A stretch of 64,000 nucleotides of DNA from Paecilomyces variotii (Eukaryota), in assembly GCA_004022145.1 (NCBI GenBank), contig RCNU01000002.1; one strand, written 5' to 3'. This document shows, in pieces, positions 1-10,492 of the stretch. The notes below the pieces were generated by a model. It was not told the DNA's origin and searched no databases. It saw only the letters and a program-made list of their open reading frames with translations. A program made the translations under genes and the position numbers. Within the stretch, counting starts at the first letter, position 1. Every line of letters starts with the position of its first letter.

Positions 1-470
1 GTCTTTGTGCTCCTATATGCTATGATAATGTGGCCTTGTAGACGTTGTTAGAAGGTAAACGACAGGCTGGGCAAGTCGTGGCAACATATCATGTCTTAGG
101 TCACGTTGGTTCCGGGGATAAGATCGTTATCGGTTCCATGCTTTTCCCTCAAGTCTCACGCCGACGCCATATTGACTTCCTTTTACCAACCAGCATCACT
201 TTCTTTACCTTCACAGAACTAGCACATAGTCCTCCCTCTGACCGCTTTTCTAGACCGTACTCCCCGTCAATCTACTTGAAACGGGCCACAGCCTACAGGG
301 ACTCTGTCGCCCGCACCGCTTTGCGGAGATCCTCGCGTGCCGCATAACCCCGCAGGTCCTCTGCGTTTGCAACTCTTACCACAGGAGCTAGCTTCCACTC
401 TCCCGCACGGGCACCTATCTCTGATATAGTTTACTGTGAGCTTTAGGCCTAGGCCGCTGGTGCAGTCAAA

Positions 471-1263
471 ATGTTGAAAATATGGTCAATGGTATGCTCG
501 CAAGACTTCGTGACAGTCGGGGGCGAATCTTCGGATGACTAACAGGTGTTCGTTGTACAGAAGCAGAAGCAGCAACAGGCTGAGAATGCTGCAGGGGGTG
601 CTGCAAACAAGAAGAAAAAGGTTACAGCTGCCCAGCTGCGAGTACAGAGAGGTGCGTATGATCTCACCTCCCCCCAACTCTGGCAGCCGTGTGTCTTGAG
701 CCGTTGACATGCTGACATGGCGTTTTACGCATCTATCAGATCTGCAGGAGCTCTCTCTCGGAAGCACGATGAAACTGTCATTCCCTAACCCAGACGATAT
801 CCTTAACTTCACCCTCACGATCGAGCCTGACGAGGGCATGTATAAAGGCGGCTCCTTCCACTTCAACTTTGCCATCAACCAGAACTTTCCGCACGACCCT
901 CCCAAAGTCAAGTGCACGCAGAAGATCTACCATCCCAACATCGACCTGGAAGGAAACGTGTGTCTGAATATTCTGCGAGAGGACTGGAAGCCGGTGCTGA
1001 ACTTGAATGCCGTGATTGTGGGATTGCAGGTGAGTTTACTTTGCTTGATTCTGTCGATTTCGCAGAACATCATAGCTTCAACTAGAATTCTTGCTAACTT
1101 GCATCTCTAGTTTCTCTTCCTCGAGCCTAACGCGTCCGATCCCTTGAACAAGGAGGCGGCCGAAGACCTACGTACGAACCGGGATGGCTTCAAGCGCAAT
1201 GTGCGGTCGTCTATGGCTGGTGGATCCGTCCGTGGTATACAATATGAGCGCGTGATGCGATAA
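471..1263 (+). CDS. ubc12: NEDD8-conjugating enzyme Ubc12 (E2), 4 exons (471-491, 561-651, 740-1029, 1111-1263)
   Basis: Spliced product starts [16 protein letters not shown]...[19 protein letters not shown]2 signature [22 protein letters not shown] with catalytic Cys; ends [15 protein letters not shown]...YERVMR*. GT..AG introns with CTRAC branch points. Confidence 0.95.
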
Positions 1264-2057
1264 TGTTATAAGATTCAAGGTTAAGTGAAGGAGGCTTGTC
1301 CCCAAACATAATCACAGCAGTCGTCGGTCAGAAAACCTCTAGAATAGATGGGAACGGGGAGTAACCGAAAGTTTGACGGGCGTCCTCATCATTGACAATC
1401 GGGGCAGTGGATTTGGAAGCACTCATGTTGTTAGGGAGTTGAGGGGCGTTGATAAGAGACCTAGGAGGGAAAGAGAAGAGGCGGCTTGGAAGACACTTGC
1501 TGTGCTCGACCCGTCACCACGATACTGGCACTTCTATTCTCACCATAGCGTTTCATGATTGGTACTTACGAAATAGAATCGTGTTTATAGTTTTGCTTCG
1601 TGTTCTGCGGGCAGAAATGGAATGGGACGATTACATATGGCTGATATGCTTTTTATTGCTCTACTGGACTTCTTTCCGGGCGAAGATAGTATTGTGGCGT
1701 ACATACTTTGCAATATACTGGCCTATACGTATCAGAGTTGGTTGTGCAGGCGAGTCATCCGGTCAGGAGCGCATGGAAGAGGCATTTCCAGCCCTATAGC
1801 AGACTAGCATAGCTCCGGCTAGCACAACCAATGCCCCGGATATACGGTGCTACCACGGGAAGAATCGTTAGGAGTATATGGGGGAACACCGATTCTTGAA
1901 CATGTATATATACACAGCGGATCTGGTTCAAACTTCGCATTTCATTCCGTCTGCATCCTTAGGTCTGACTCTTATCTCTATGAATCGATCCCGCTTCCAA
2001 CAACTTAAAAACAGACAATCGTCAAGCGCAGTAGGAACGTCGACTGGAATCGTTCGT

Positions 2058-2703
2058 TTAGGCCTTCTGGTTCAGACGCTCCTGCTCGAGCTTGGCGTAG
2101 TAGGTGTCACGAGCGCGGACACGGGGGAGGTGGAAGCCTGTGAGGGAACCGAGTCAGGACCAATTTTTGCAGGTATAGGTTCGTTTTGAGAACGAGACAA
2201 GAAGTGAGGAAAAGAAATTCTCTGATACGTACCGTACCACCAGAGGTAGCCGAAGGTGGTTCCGAAACCTGTTGGTTCGACGTCTCTCTGTCAGCAATTG
2301 TTTCTCTGAACACCTGAGTTCCCCTCAATTCGAGCATATCCCATATCCCCCATTCCGCATCCTGGACGCCAATTGCACTCCGTATCGAGATTTCCGAGCC
2401 ATCCGCTGGTCTTAATCCCATTCAAGGCCATCTCACGCTCAAACGGAACAATAAAGAGGAGGTTCAACTAACCGAAGGCAGTGGCCAGGTCAAGAACGAG
2501 GCCCCGGCGGAGCATCTGTACAAAACACACCGGTCAGTATACACGAGATCCATTCAGAGAAAGAACTGGACCCCCCCAAGTCTCGTTCCCTGTCCGAAGT
2601 GCGCGGCGGGCGAGGCCGGAAATAGGAACCAGACGTGGGCGGGACGGCTATTCAATCAGGGAAAGGGACGTACGCCGGTGATAGGGGCGACAGCGGTGGC
2701 CAT
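2058..2703 (-). CDS. cox9: Cytochrome c oxidase subunit VIIa (Cox9), 4 small exons (2703-2674, 2515-2473, 2268-2233, 2137-2058)
   Basis: Not in the ORF track. Manual splicing gives MATAVAPITGMLRRGLVLDLATAFGFGTTFGYLWWYGFHLPRVRARDTYYAKLEQERLNQKA*, matching the fungal Cox9 pattern (PITGML..., one TM, WWYG.H.P). Confidence 0.9.
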
Positions 2704-3207
2704 TGCGGCGCGAGGTCGTAGCAGACAGGTGGTAGTGCGACGGCGAGAGAGTTGTTTGTGCGAGGGACCGTGTGGTCACTGGATGCTATGGAGGGCAGAG
2801 AGTCGTCGTAGCAAGAGGGAAGACGAAACGACGTTCTGCTCGCGGAAGAAGCTCTTTAGCGTAAGCGACGCTCCGGGTGGTGTGAGTGGTGGATGCCTTA
2901 TGATCCAGGCGACGATCAGGCATGGCATCTAATTGACAGCCATGTTATTAGCAGGGATGGCGGCTACAAGGGGTGAATGCTAGTCGAGTAATGTATGTCT
3001 TCCAGATAGATTCAGGTGTTGCTTTTCCCGTTATAATGCCTATATGGCTCAGATATCGGCCATGCCACTTCAATATTGAGGCTCTTCGAGAGAGTCAGAG
3101 GCTTCCGTCAGGTGTCATCACGTGACATCCAGACGAGCGGCCAGCATCCGCAGCTCCATCTTTCTTCCACGCCAGCATCGTCATCTCGACTCGCCAGCGC
3201 GCCTGTC

Positions 3208-4283
3208 ATGCCGTCTGAAGAGCCCGCTATCAAGCGGTCGTCATCCTCTGCGCCAGGAGACTCAGATCAAGCAGTGTCGAAGCGCATAAAACGACACTAC
3301 CACCATCATCACCGTCTACAGTATCCTGTCGCGCCCGAGCTCCCGGAGCCTGCGATAACCGATGAAGTATCAGTCGACCACTTAATGAACCGATCGATCG
3401 GCCAGGTGTTGCGCGAAGTGGGTTTCGATCTGGCTGATCCTGTCGCGTTGGATGGATTCCGCAATGCAGCTGAAGAGTGTACGCCAGCTACAGAGGTGCA
3501 ATAGAACGATGTGACCATTTCTGACAGTAGCTTCTAGACATTCTGAGATTCGCGGCATACGTGCGCCAGTCCATGCTTTCCAGTCGCAGGTTACAGCCTA
3601 TTCCTCCAGACTTTGAGCATGCCCTTCGACAGAGCTTCGTTAGCGTCGACGACCTGTCTCCATATCTGAAGTCGCTCCCCGCAGTCGAACCAGTCCGCAC
3701 ACTCTTGCCCAGTCCCCCGCCTGATGAGGATGCATTCACTGCGCTTCCTTCTCTTGGACCTGCACTCAGTGGTGAAGAAGATCGTGTTCGGAGCGCCTAC
3801 ATCCCGAAACATTTCCCCGAGTTCCCCAGTAAACACACCTACCGACATACGCCTGTTTTTACAGACAGGGAACACGACCCTCGGAAGATCCGAGAGCGCG
3901 CAACGGAGGATGGCCGATTAGGAGAGGAGGCTTTGCGCAAGCTGGCTCGCGCAGCCTTCAAGGATAATCAGCTAGCTGCAGCTTCACGCGACAAGAAACT
4001 TTGGGGACGAAAGAACGAGAATCTGGAGACCATGTTCGAGAAGACGATTAAGGGGTTGGCCAAAAAGGCGCAGAGGAGCGCCGCCGATGCTGCACCCTCG
4101 ATGGACATCACTTCTGGCGAACAGAAGCCGCCGCGGCCCAAACTGCCGATCCATTTCGAGCTGGGACCTATCGTGAATTGCGAGCGAGACTTCTGGCGAA
4201 AAACCGCTTCGGCGACAGGAAGGAAAGCCGAGAAAAAGCAGACAGACCAGAAGGATGCGGTCATGGCGACCGTGGAGGGCTGA
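3208..4283 (+). CDS. taf8: TFIID subunit 8 (bromodomain-associated histone fold + TAF8 C-terminal domain); intron ~3479-3537
   Basis: Histone-fold segment LMNRSIGQVLREVGFDLADPVALDGFRNAAEE/YILRFAAYVRQSM...PIPPDFEHAL and TAF8_C motif YIPKHFPEFPSKHTYRHTP...IRERATEDGRLGEEALRKL. Confidence 0.85.
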
Positions 4284-4602
4284 TCCGCGATGCAAGCTAG
4301 ACATGTAAGCACGAGAGTGGTCTGTCGATTTGGACGATGCATGGGCGGCGTTGAAGGCGTTTACAACAAGGTTAAACAAGATACCCAGGAGATCAATAGT
4401 CATTGAGATTCAATATGATTCAATTTAATAGTAGAAAGGCGATGATTGACAATGGGATATACAGAACCAATTCTTCCATGTATGTCCTCGCCCAACTCCG
4501 CCAGAGAACGCCTTGTATGCAATGTAATATATATACAGTTCATCTCATACGGTGGAAATCACACCGTATTCATGCCTTCTTTCCGCCCGCATCCCTCCCA
4601 CC

Positions 4603-5047
4603 TTATGCGATCTTCCCATCTTTGTGTGCGTCTTGTAGCTTCTCCCACGATGTCGTCTCGACTGTTAATCCACCAGCGCATCTGCACAGAAACCAGTTAG
4701 CTGACTCTTCTGTACCAGACCTGACATATATGCTTCAAATGAAGATCCCAATCCTCTATCCCAAACACCCCAGCGCTAGAATCTGCCCAAAACCAAGACA
4801 AGACACATCCAGAGCCTGCTCAAACTCACCTCCGAAACAGCCTCAGCACAGGCTTACACACCACCACACCCGGCGACGGGACTCCCTCCTGCGGTGGATT
4901 ACACGAGTACTGTAGCATTTCGCGTAACTCGCATTTCTCCAGGTCGACCGGCGGGCCTTTTCGGCGCTTTTCCTTCCATCCTTTGTACACGACGTTGACT
5001 CGTTCGGGGAGGACTTCTGTCGGGAAGACAGGGACTAGGGGCGCCAT
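4603..5047 (-). CDS. som1: Mitochondrial inner membrane peptidase subunit Som1-like, 2 exons
   Basis: MAPLVPVF...VDLEKCELREMLQYSC...VVCKPVLRLFRR / CAGGLTVETTSWE...*: the MAP..PVF, C.L..L.QY.C, C.P..RLFRRC and .E.T.WE pattern of the SOM1 family. Confidence 0.85.
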
Positions 5048-5409
5048 TGTGTTTTGCGCCAGTTGTTTATTTGATTTTATTTTTTGGAATAGAGAAGGTG
5101 GAGATGGCACAATGGGCCTTTGCCTGGTGGTTCTCAGGTGGGCTGTTTGTGCTGAGGAGTTGAGTCCCGATGCAAGCGCGGAGCGGAGCGGGAATTAAGA
5201 TTAAGTTCAGATTAGAGTAGAGTAGATGATCGATATCAATCACTCACTTAGCTCCGCTAACACAAATCAACAATTAGATTCCGCGTATCTGATGAAAGAT
5301 CATTGATATAAGTTATGGTTATACTCAAGATGTGCCACGTCGATTGACAATTCCTGGATCGTTGAGTCCATGGGGCTAGCTATGCAGTTTTTGTGGGAAA
5401 CATCCAACA

Positions 5410-6847
5410 ATGGCGGCCAACTTCGGGGAGAGACTACTAGCAGAAGTGAGAGAAGAGACGCTTGATGAGGTATGTTACAAGCTACCTACCTTATACATGT
5501 ATTGCCATTTAACCGACCAGTATACAGTTTCTGCATGACCTGAGAGCTTTTAAACCAGACCAAGGCGATGAAAGGTCGTTTTTCTTGGGTGTAAAGGAGT
5601 TGGATGAGCTCCTGGAGCTCTTCCTCCCTACACCGGCGTCTGCCGCGACGGCCATTGAACCACCACGGACACAGATTCCTGCATCTACATTTGCAGGGTT
5701 TGATGCTGGCTACGACAGTGGATTCCCTGCAGGCGCTGCAGGTTACGAAGAAGAGAATGTAGATGAGTACGGAACGGACGTTCCTGTCCCAGTTCCTACG
5801 CCTAGACCTGCCCCAAATCCGAAGAGAAAGCAGCCAGTGGTAGAAATCACCAGTCCTTCCTCTGCAGCGGGGAAGACGCAACTGCTTTATTATTTGACTG
5901 CCGTGGCTATCCTGCCATCATCGTATCATGGAAGAGACCTGGGTGGGTGTGACGCTGCTGTCGTGTACATTGATACTGACGGACGATTCGATGCCAATCG
6001 TCTCGGGGATATTGCTTCTGGCATCGTCCAGGAGAGGCTGAAGGCATCGTCTTCAAATCCCGCTGATATAGTATCTAGGGAGGAAAGAAAGGCGGAAGGA
6101 GATGACATAGGAGATGACATTAATGCCCAAGATATCAACGAGCTGGTCTGCAACGCTCTCCAACATGTCCACCTCCTGCGCCCACAGTCATCATCATCTC
6201 TTCTAGCGACGCTTCAACAACTGGATGCTTACCTTTTAGACGTCTCCCGTCACCACTCTGCAACACGTCCTCTCCACGCCATCTTCCTCGACAGCGCGAG
6301 TGCCTTCTTCTGGCAGGATCGGTTGCGTGATGAAGTCGCTAGGACGGAAGAGATTGGACGTCCCGCAGCAGAGATCGACAGAGACCGTGATCAAGGGCGC
6401 AGTTTCCATCTCGCGGTGCTGTATCGCCGGCTGGTAGTCGAATTGCGGCGGCTTCAGGCAATTTTCGACTGTGCAGTCGTATATACGACATGGGGCCTCT
6501 CTCGTACAAAGAGTTCTTCCGACTACGGTCCTACGTCGTCGCATTCTGGTATCAGACCTCATCTTCCTCCACCATGGGGCACATTTCCTTCTCTGCGTTT
6601 AGTTGTCCAGCGAGAGCCGGTCCGACGCTTTCCTCCTGAGGCAACCCTCCAGGAGGCGGAGCGAGATGCGCCATTACGGCAAGAAGTCGTGGCTCGTGGC
6701 AAGTTCTGGGCATGGGTAGATACCTGGGGACGAGAGGAGTGGCCACGTCGGATTGTGGAAGGGCTGGAAAGGAGAAACGGAGGGAGATTTTCCTTCTGGG
6801 TAAGCGATAAAATAGTTATAGGGGAGGATAGTGATCATCCCATGTGA
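5410..6847 (+). CDS. RecA/Rad51-paralog, XRCC2-like DNA repair protein; intron ~5470-5527
   Basis: Starts MAANFGERLLAEVREETLDE; Walker A-like VVEITSPSSAAGKTQLLY, strand VVYIDTDGRFD, Walker B-like AIFLDSASAFFWQDR typical of XRCC2-like paralogs. Confidence 0.7.
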
Positions 6848-6989
6848 TGTGATCGCGTCTAGTGAAATTTGATTCGAATTCTATCGATATATGGATGACG
6901 CTCTATCGTCCGATGCTCATGGATATCATGGATATCAAAATGCTGTCGCCGCCCCAACTTATGCGCCACTTACAAGAGAAAAGGCATCC

Positions 6990-8290
6990 CTACTTCGCGG
7001 ACGCAAACAACTTTCCAATTGCCTCCACTGTTGTGTTACCGCCGCTGAACACGATTCCAACATCCCATCCTTCTTCTCCCGCCTCCTTCTCGACCAAGCG
7101 TCGGAATTCCTCATTGAATAAACACACCGCCAGGCCAACAACGGCACTCGGCTCTACTACGACCTTCATCCGCTCCAGGACCAGTCGCATCGCGGCCTTG
7201 ATCTGATCCTCAGTTACCGCATACACGCCGGCCACTTTATTCTTATCCGAGATGACTTCCCAATTGATCACTCCAACAGGTGTCCGCAGACCATCGGCGA
7301 TAGTGAGCGTCGAGACGGCCTCAACCCGCTTTCCAGCAGCCAAACCACGGCAACAATCATCTGCGCCCTCAAAGGAGGGCTCAGCACCGAAGACACGGGT
7401 GGTAGGCTTGTCGGAAAACCAGGTAGCCACACCAGCGTTGAGTCCACCGCCGCCAATGGGAGTGAAAACAGCGTCAAGGTGGGCTCCAGCCTCATGCGCA
7501 GATAGCTTCGGGTTTGCCTTCACCAACTCCGCATATTGCGCCTCAAGCTCTATACCAACAGTTCCCTGACCGATAATGATATCCCGGAAGTCATACGGCG
7601 GCACAAGAATGGCACCTGTTTCTTTCTGAACAGTAGCCACGACAGCTTCACGCTCCGGGGCCGTTGAGCCGGAGAAGATCACGCGAGCACCGAGTGATTG
7701 TGTGCCAGCGATCTTTGACGGGGTCGAAATACTGGGCATGACAATATGCGCGGGGACATTAAGCGTCGAAGCTGCGAGTGCGAGGGCTTGTGCATGGTTT
7801 CCTATTTCAACGCAATTCATCCAGTCAGTTTAGAATAAGATTTCAATAATGACCACGCGGCGCATAACCATATACGACGACTATCATTATATAGCTCCCC
7901 CACCCACCGCCCAAAAAAACCAAGTAAAAAAACAAAACCAGATAAACAACCCCTCATACCTGAACTATGCGTAACAACCCCTCTCCTCTTCAACTCCTCC
8001 TCCCCAAGCTCATCACGCAATCTCAGAACGGCATGAAATGCCCCCCGCGCCTTAAACGCTCCAATGCGCTGATAATTCTCGCACTTGAAAAAGAACCGGA
8101 TCCGAGGCCGCGCGGGCTCCTGGCCTTCGAACGGCGTACCCGCGAGAGCGGACGGATCCTGAGGAGTCGATGCGATCGTGTTCAGTGTCGAGCATGTTAA
8201 GACGGGTGTCTTGTGGATGTATGGCTGGATGAGTTCGTGAGCGGCCTTCACGGAGGCGGGGGTGAGGGGGCGCGCGGGGTCGGAGGACAT
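6990..8290 (-). CDS. PLP-dependent serine/threonine dehydratase / serine racemase family (Sry1-like); intron ~7803-7959
   Basis: PLP-lysine motif FKCENYQRIGAFKARGA, THSSGNHAQALA across the intron, glycine loop PIGGGGL, TIADGLR, VEPSA, SGGN. No regulatory ACT domain and no obvious mitochondrial presequence. Confidence 0.9.
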
Positions 8291-8656
8291 GGTTTGGACG
8301 TAGTTAGGTAAGAGGGTTTTAACTATATCGTTTTCACTGTGGTTCTGTGAGGGATGGTTATCTGATTTCTAATTGGGGATTGATGACTGGGGAGATCGTG
8401 AAGAAAGAGGGTTTTGCGGGGAAGGGAAACCGATAATAATAATTACGGGAGGGAGATTATTATTATGGTAAATGAGGACCCGATGGTTTGGATCTCTAGT
8501 AGATACAGATGTGGAGACGAGCGCTAATACAAACCGGAGATAAGAAGAAGTCTACGAGTCTACGCAAAGTGGGAAATACGAAGAAAGACAAATTGGAAGA
8601 TGATAATAGATCGTACATTAACTTTTTTTCGTCACGGTATCCTAGTATTACATAGC

Positions 8657-9912
8657 TTATTTCTGGTTCTCGGGACGGAGAGAGCGAACAGCCTTTCCGG
8701 CGCGCCAGATCTCTAGATCACGGATGTCCTGCATCTCCTTCTCGTACTTCTCACGGTAGTCGGGCTGAGAGTTGTAGTCCAAGCTGCGCTGGGTCTCAGT
8801 GCCGTCACGAACGCTGTCGTACAGCTCGTTGAACAGAGGCTTCAGGTTCTCCTTGAAGCGGCTGGACCAGTCGATAGCACCACGGCGGGCGGTGGTCGAG
8901 CAGGCAGCGTACATCCAGTCCATACCGTTGGCACCGATCAGAGGGTACAGGGACTGAGTGGCCTCCTCAACGGTCTCGTTGAAGGCCTCAGAGGGGGAGT
9001 GACCGCGCTCACGGAGGACCTCGTACTGAGCAAGGAACATACCGTGGATACCACCCATCAGGCATCCACGCTCACCGTAGAGGTCAGAGTAGACCTCCTT
9101 CTCGAAGGTGGTCTCGTACAGGTAGCCGGAACCGACGGCGACACCCATGGCGACGGCCTTCTCCTTGGCCTTGCCGGTGACATCCTGGTAGACGGCAATG
9201 GAGGAGTTGATACCACGGCCCTCACGGAAGAGAGATCGGACGGTACGGCCAGAGCCCTTGGGAGCGACGAGGATGACATCAATGTCCTTGGGGACATCGA
9301 CCTTGGTGAGGTCCTTGAAGACGGGAGAGAAACCGTGGGAGAAGTAGAGGGTCTTTCCCTTGGTCAGGAGAGGCTTGATGGTGGGCCAAGTCTCACTCTG
9401 GGCGGCGTCGGAGAGGAGGTTCATGATGATAGTACCCTTCTCGATGGCAGTGTTGACATCGAACAGGTTCTTGCCGGGGATCCAGCCATCCTGGATGGCC
9501 TCCTTCCACGAGGCACCATCCTTGCGGACACCAACGATGACATTGAGACCGTTGTCACGGAGGTTGAGACCCTGGCCGTGACCCTGGGAACCGTAGCCGA
9601 TGAGGGCGAGGGTGTCGTTCTTGAAGTAGTCCTGCAGAGAGTCAGTCAGCTTTTCATTGCTTCGATTGCGTTTCTGGGTTGCTGGCATTGCACACTCACA
9701 TGGAGCTTCTCGCGGGGCCAGTCCTCACGCTCGTAGACGGTCTCCTTGGTGCCAGCGAAGTCGATGGTCTTGACACCACGGGTGGCCATAACCGGGGCCA
9801 CACGAGGAGTCACCGTCGCCAGCGACGGACGAGGGAGCGCTGCCGTCATGACGGAGCGAGGAGCAGCAACGCGCGACAGGCGCAGAGCGCGGGAGAAACC
9901 TCTGGCAGCCAT
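8657..9912 (-). CDS. ilv5: Ketol-acid reductoisomerase, mitochondrial (BCAA biosynthesis); intron 9632-9699
   Basis: Arg/Ser-rich presequence, GVKTIDFAGTKETVYEREDWP, IGYGSQGHGQGLNLRDNG, SDLYGERGCLMG, ends RSLRPENQK; strongly biased codons. Confidence 0.97.
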
Positions 9913-10075
9913 TGTGAAGGATGGAATTGATACAATTGAGGGGAGATTGTAACGAAGAATCAGACTGGGAAACGGGGACGATGAGTCTTCTTATAAGAAC
10001 GAGCGCGACAACGACGAAAAATGGAGAGGAAGCGGACGGATCAGGTGATTCCGGAGTTGGACTGCTTCTCCCCGG

Positions 10076-10085
10076 CCGATGTCGG
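10076..10085. promoter_or_regulatory. Candidate Leu3/LeuB site CCG-N4-CGG upstream of ilv5
   Basis: CCGATGTCGG, 164-173 nt upstream of the ilv5 ATG; matches the everted repeat bound by Leu3/LeuB, which regulates BCAA genes. Confidence 0.55.
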
Positions 10086-10492
10086 ATGGCAGTCAGCTGA
10101 TCATAAGAAGAATCAGAATCAGAATCAGAAGAAATAAGAGAGAAAATCATCCAGACGGCCAAGTCGAAGAGAAATACTTAGTACTACTACTACTATAGAG
10201 CACGGATGTCGAAGCAGCCAGCAGTGTAATTTATTGATTTATTGATCGATTGACCTCCAAGATAGACATCAGATGTGCGTTGCAACATGCAGCATGCTGC
10301 TGTGCTGCGGCTCTGCTCAGTGACTCTCGCTGTCGTGCACTTTCCACCACTTTTTCTTCTAAAATAATAAAGTCTTTCCATCACCTCAAACATCCACCTA
10401 CGTCACGACTGATCTACATCTCTCCATCTTTCCGTCTCTCTCTATATATCTGAAGGGATAGAGAGAGAGATAGAGAGACTCTACAGCATGCC

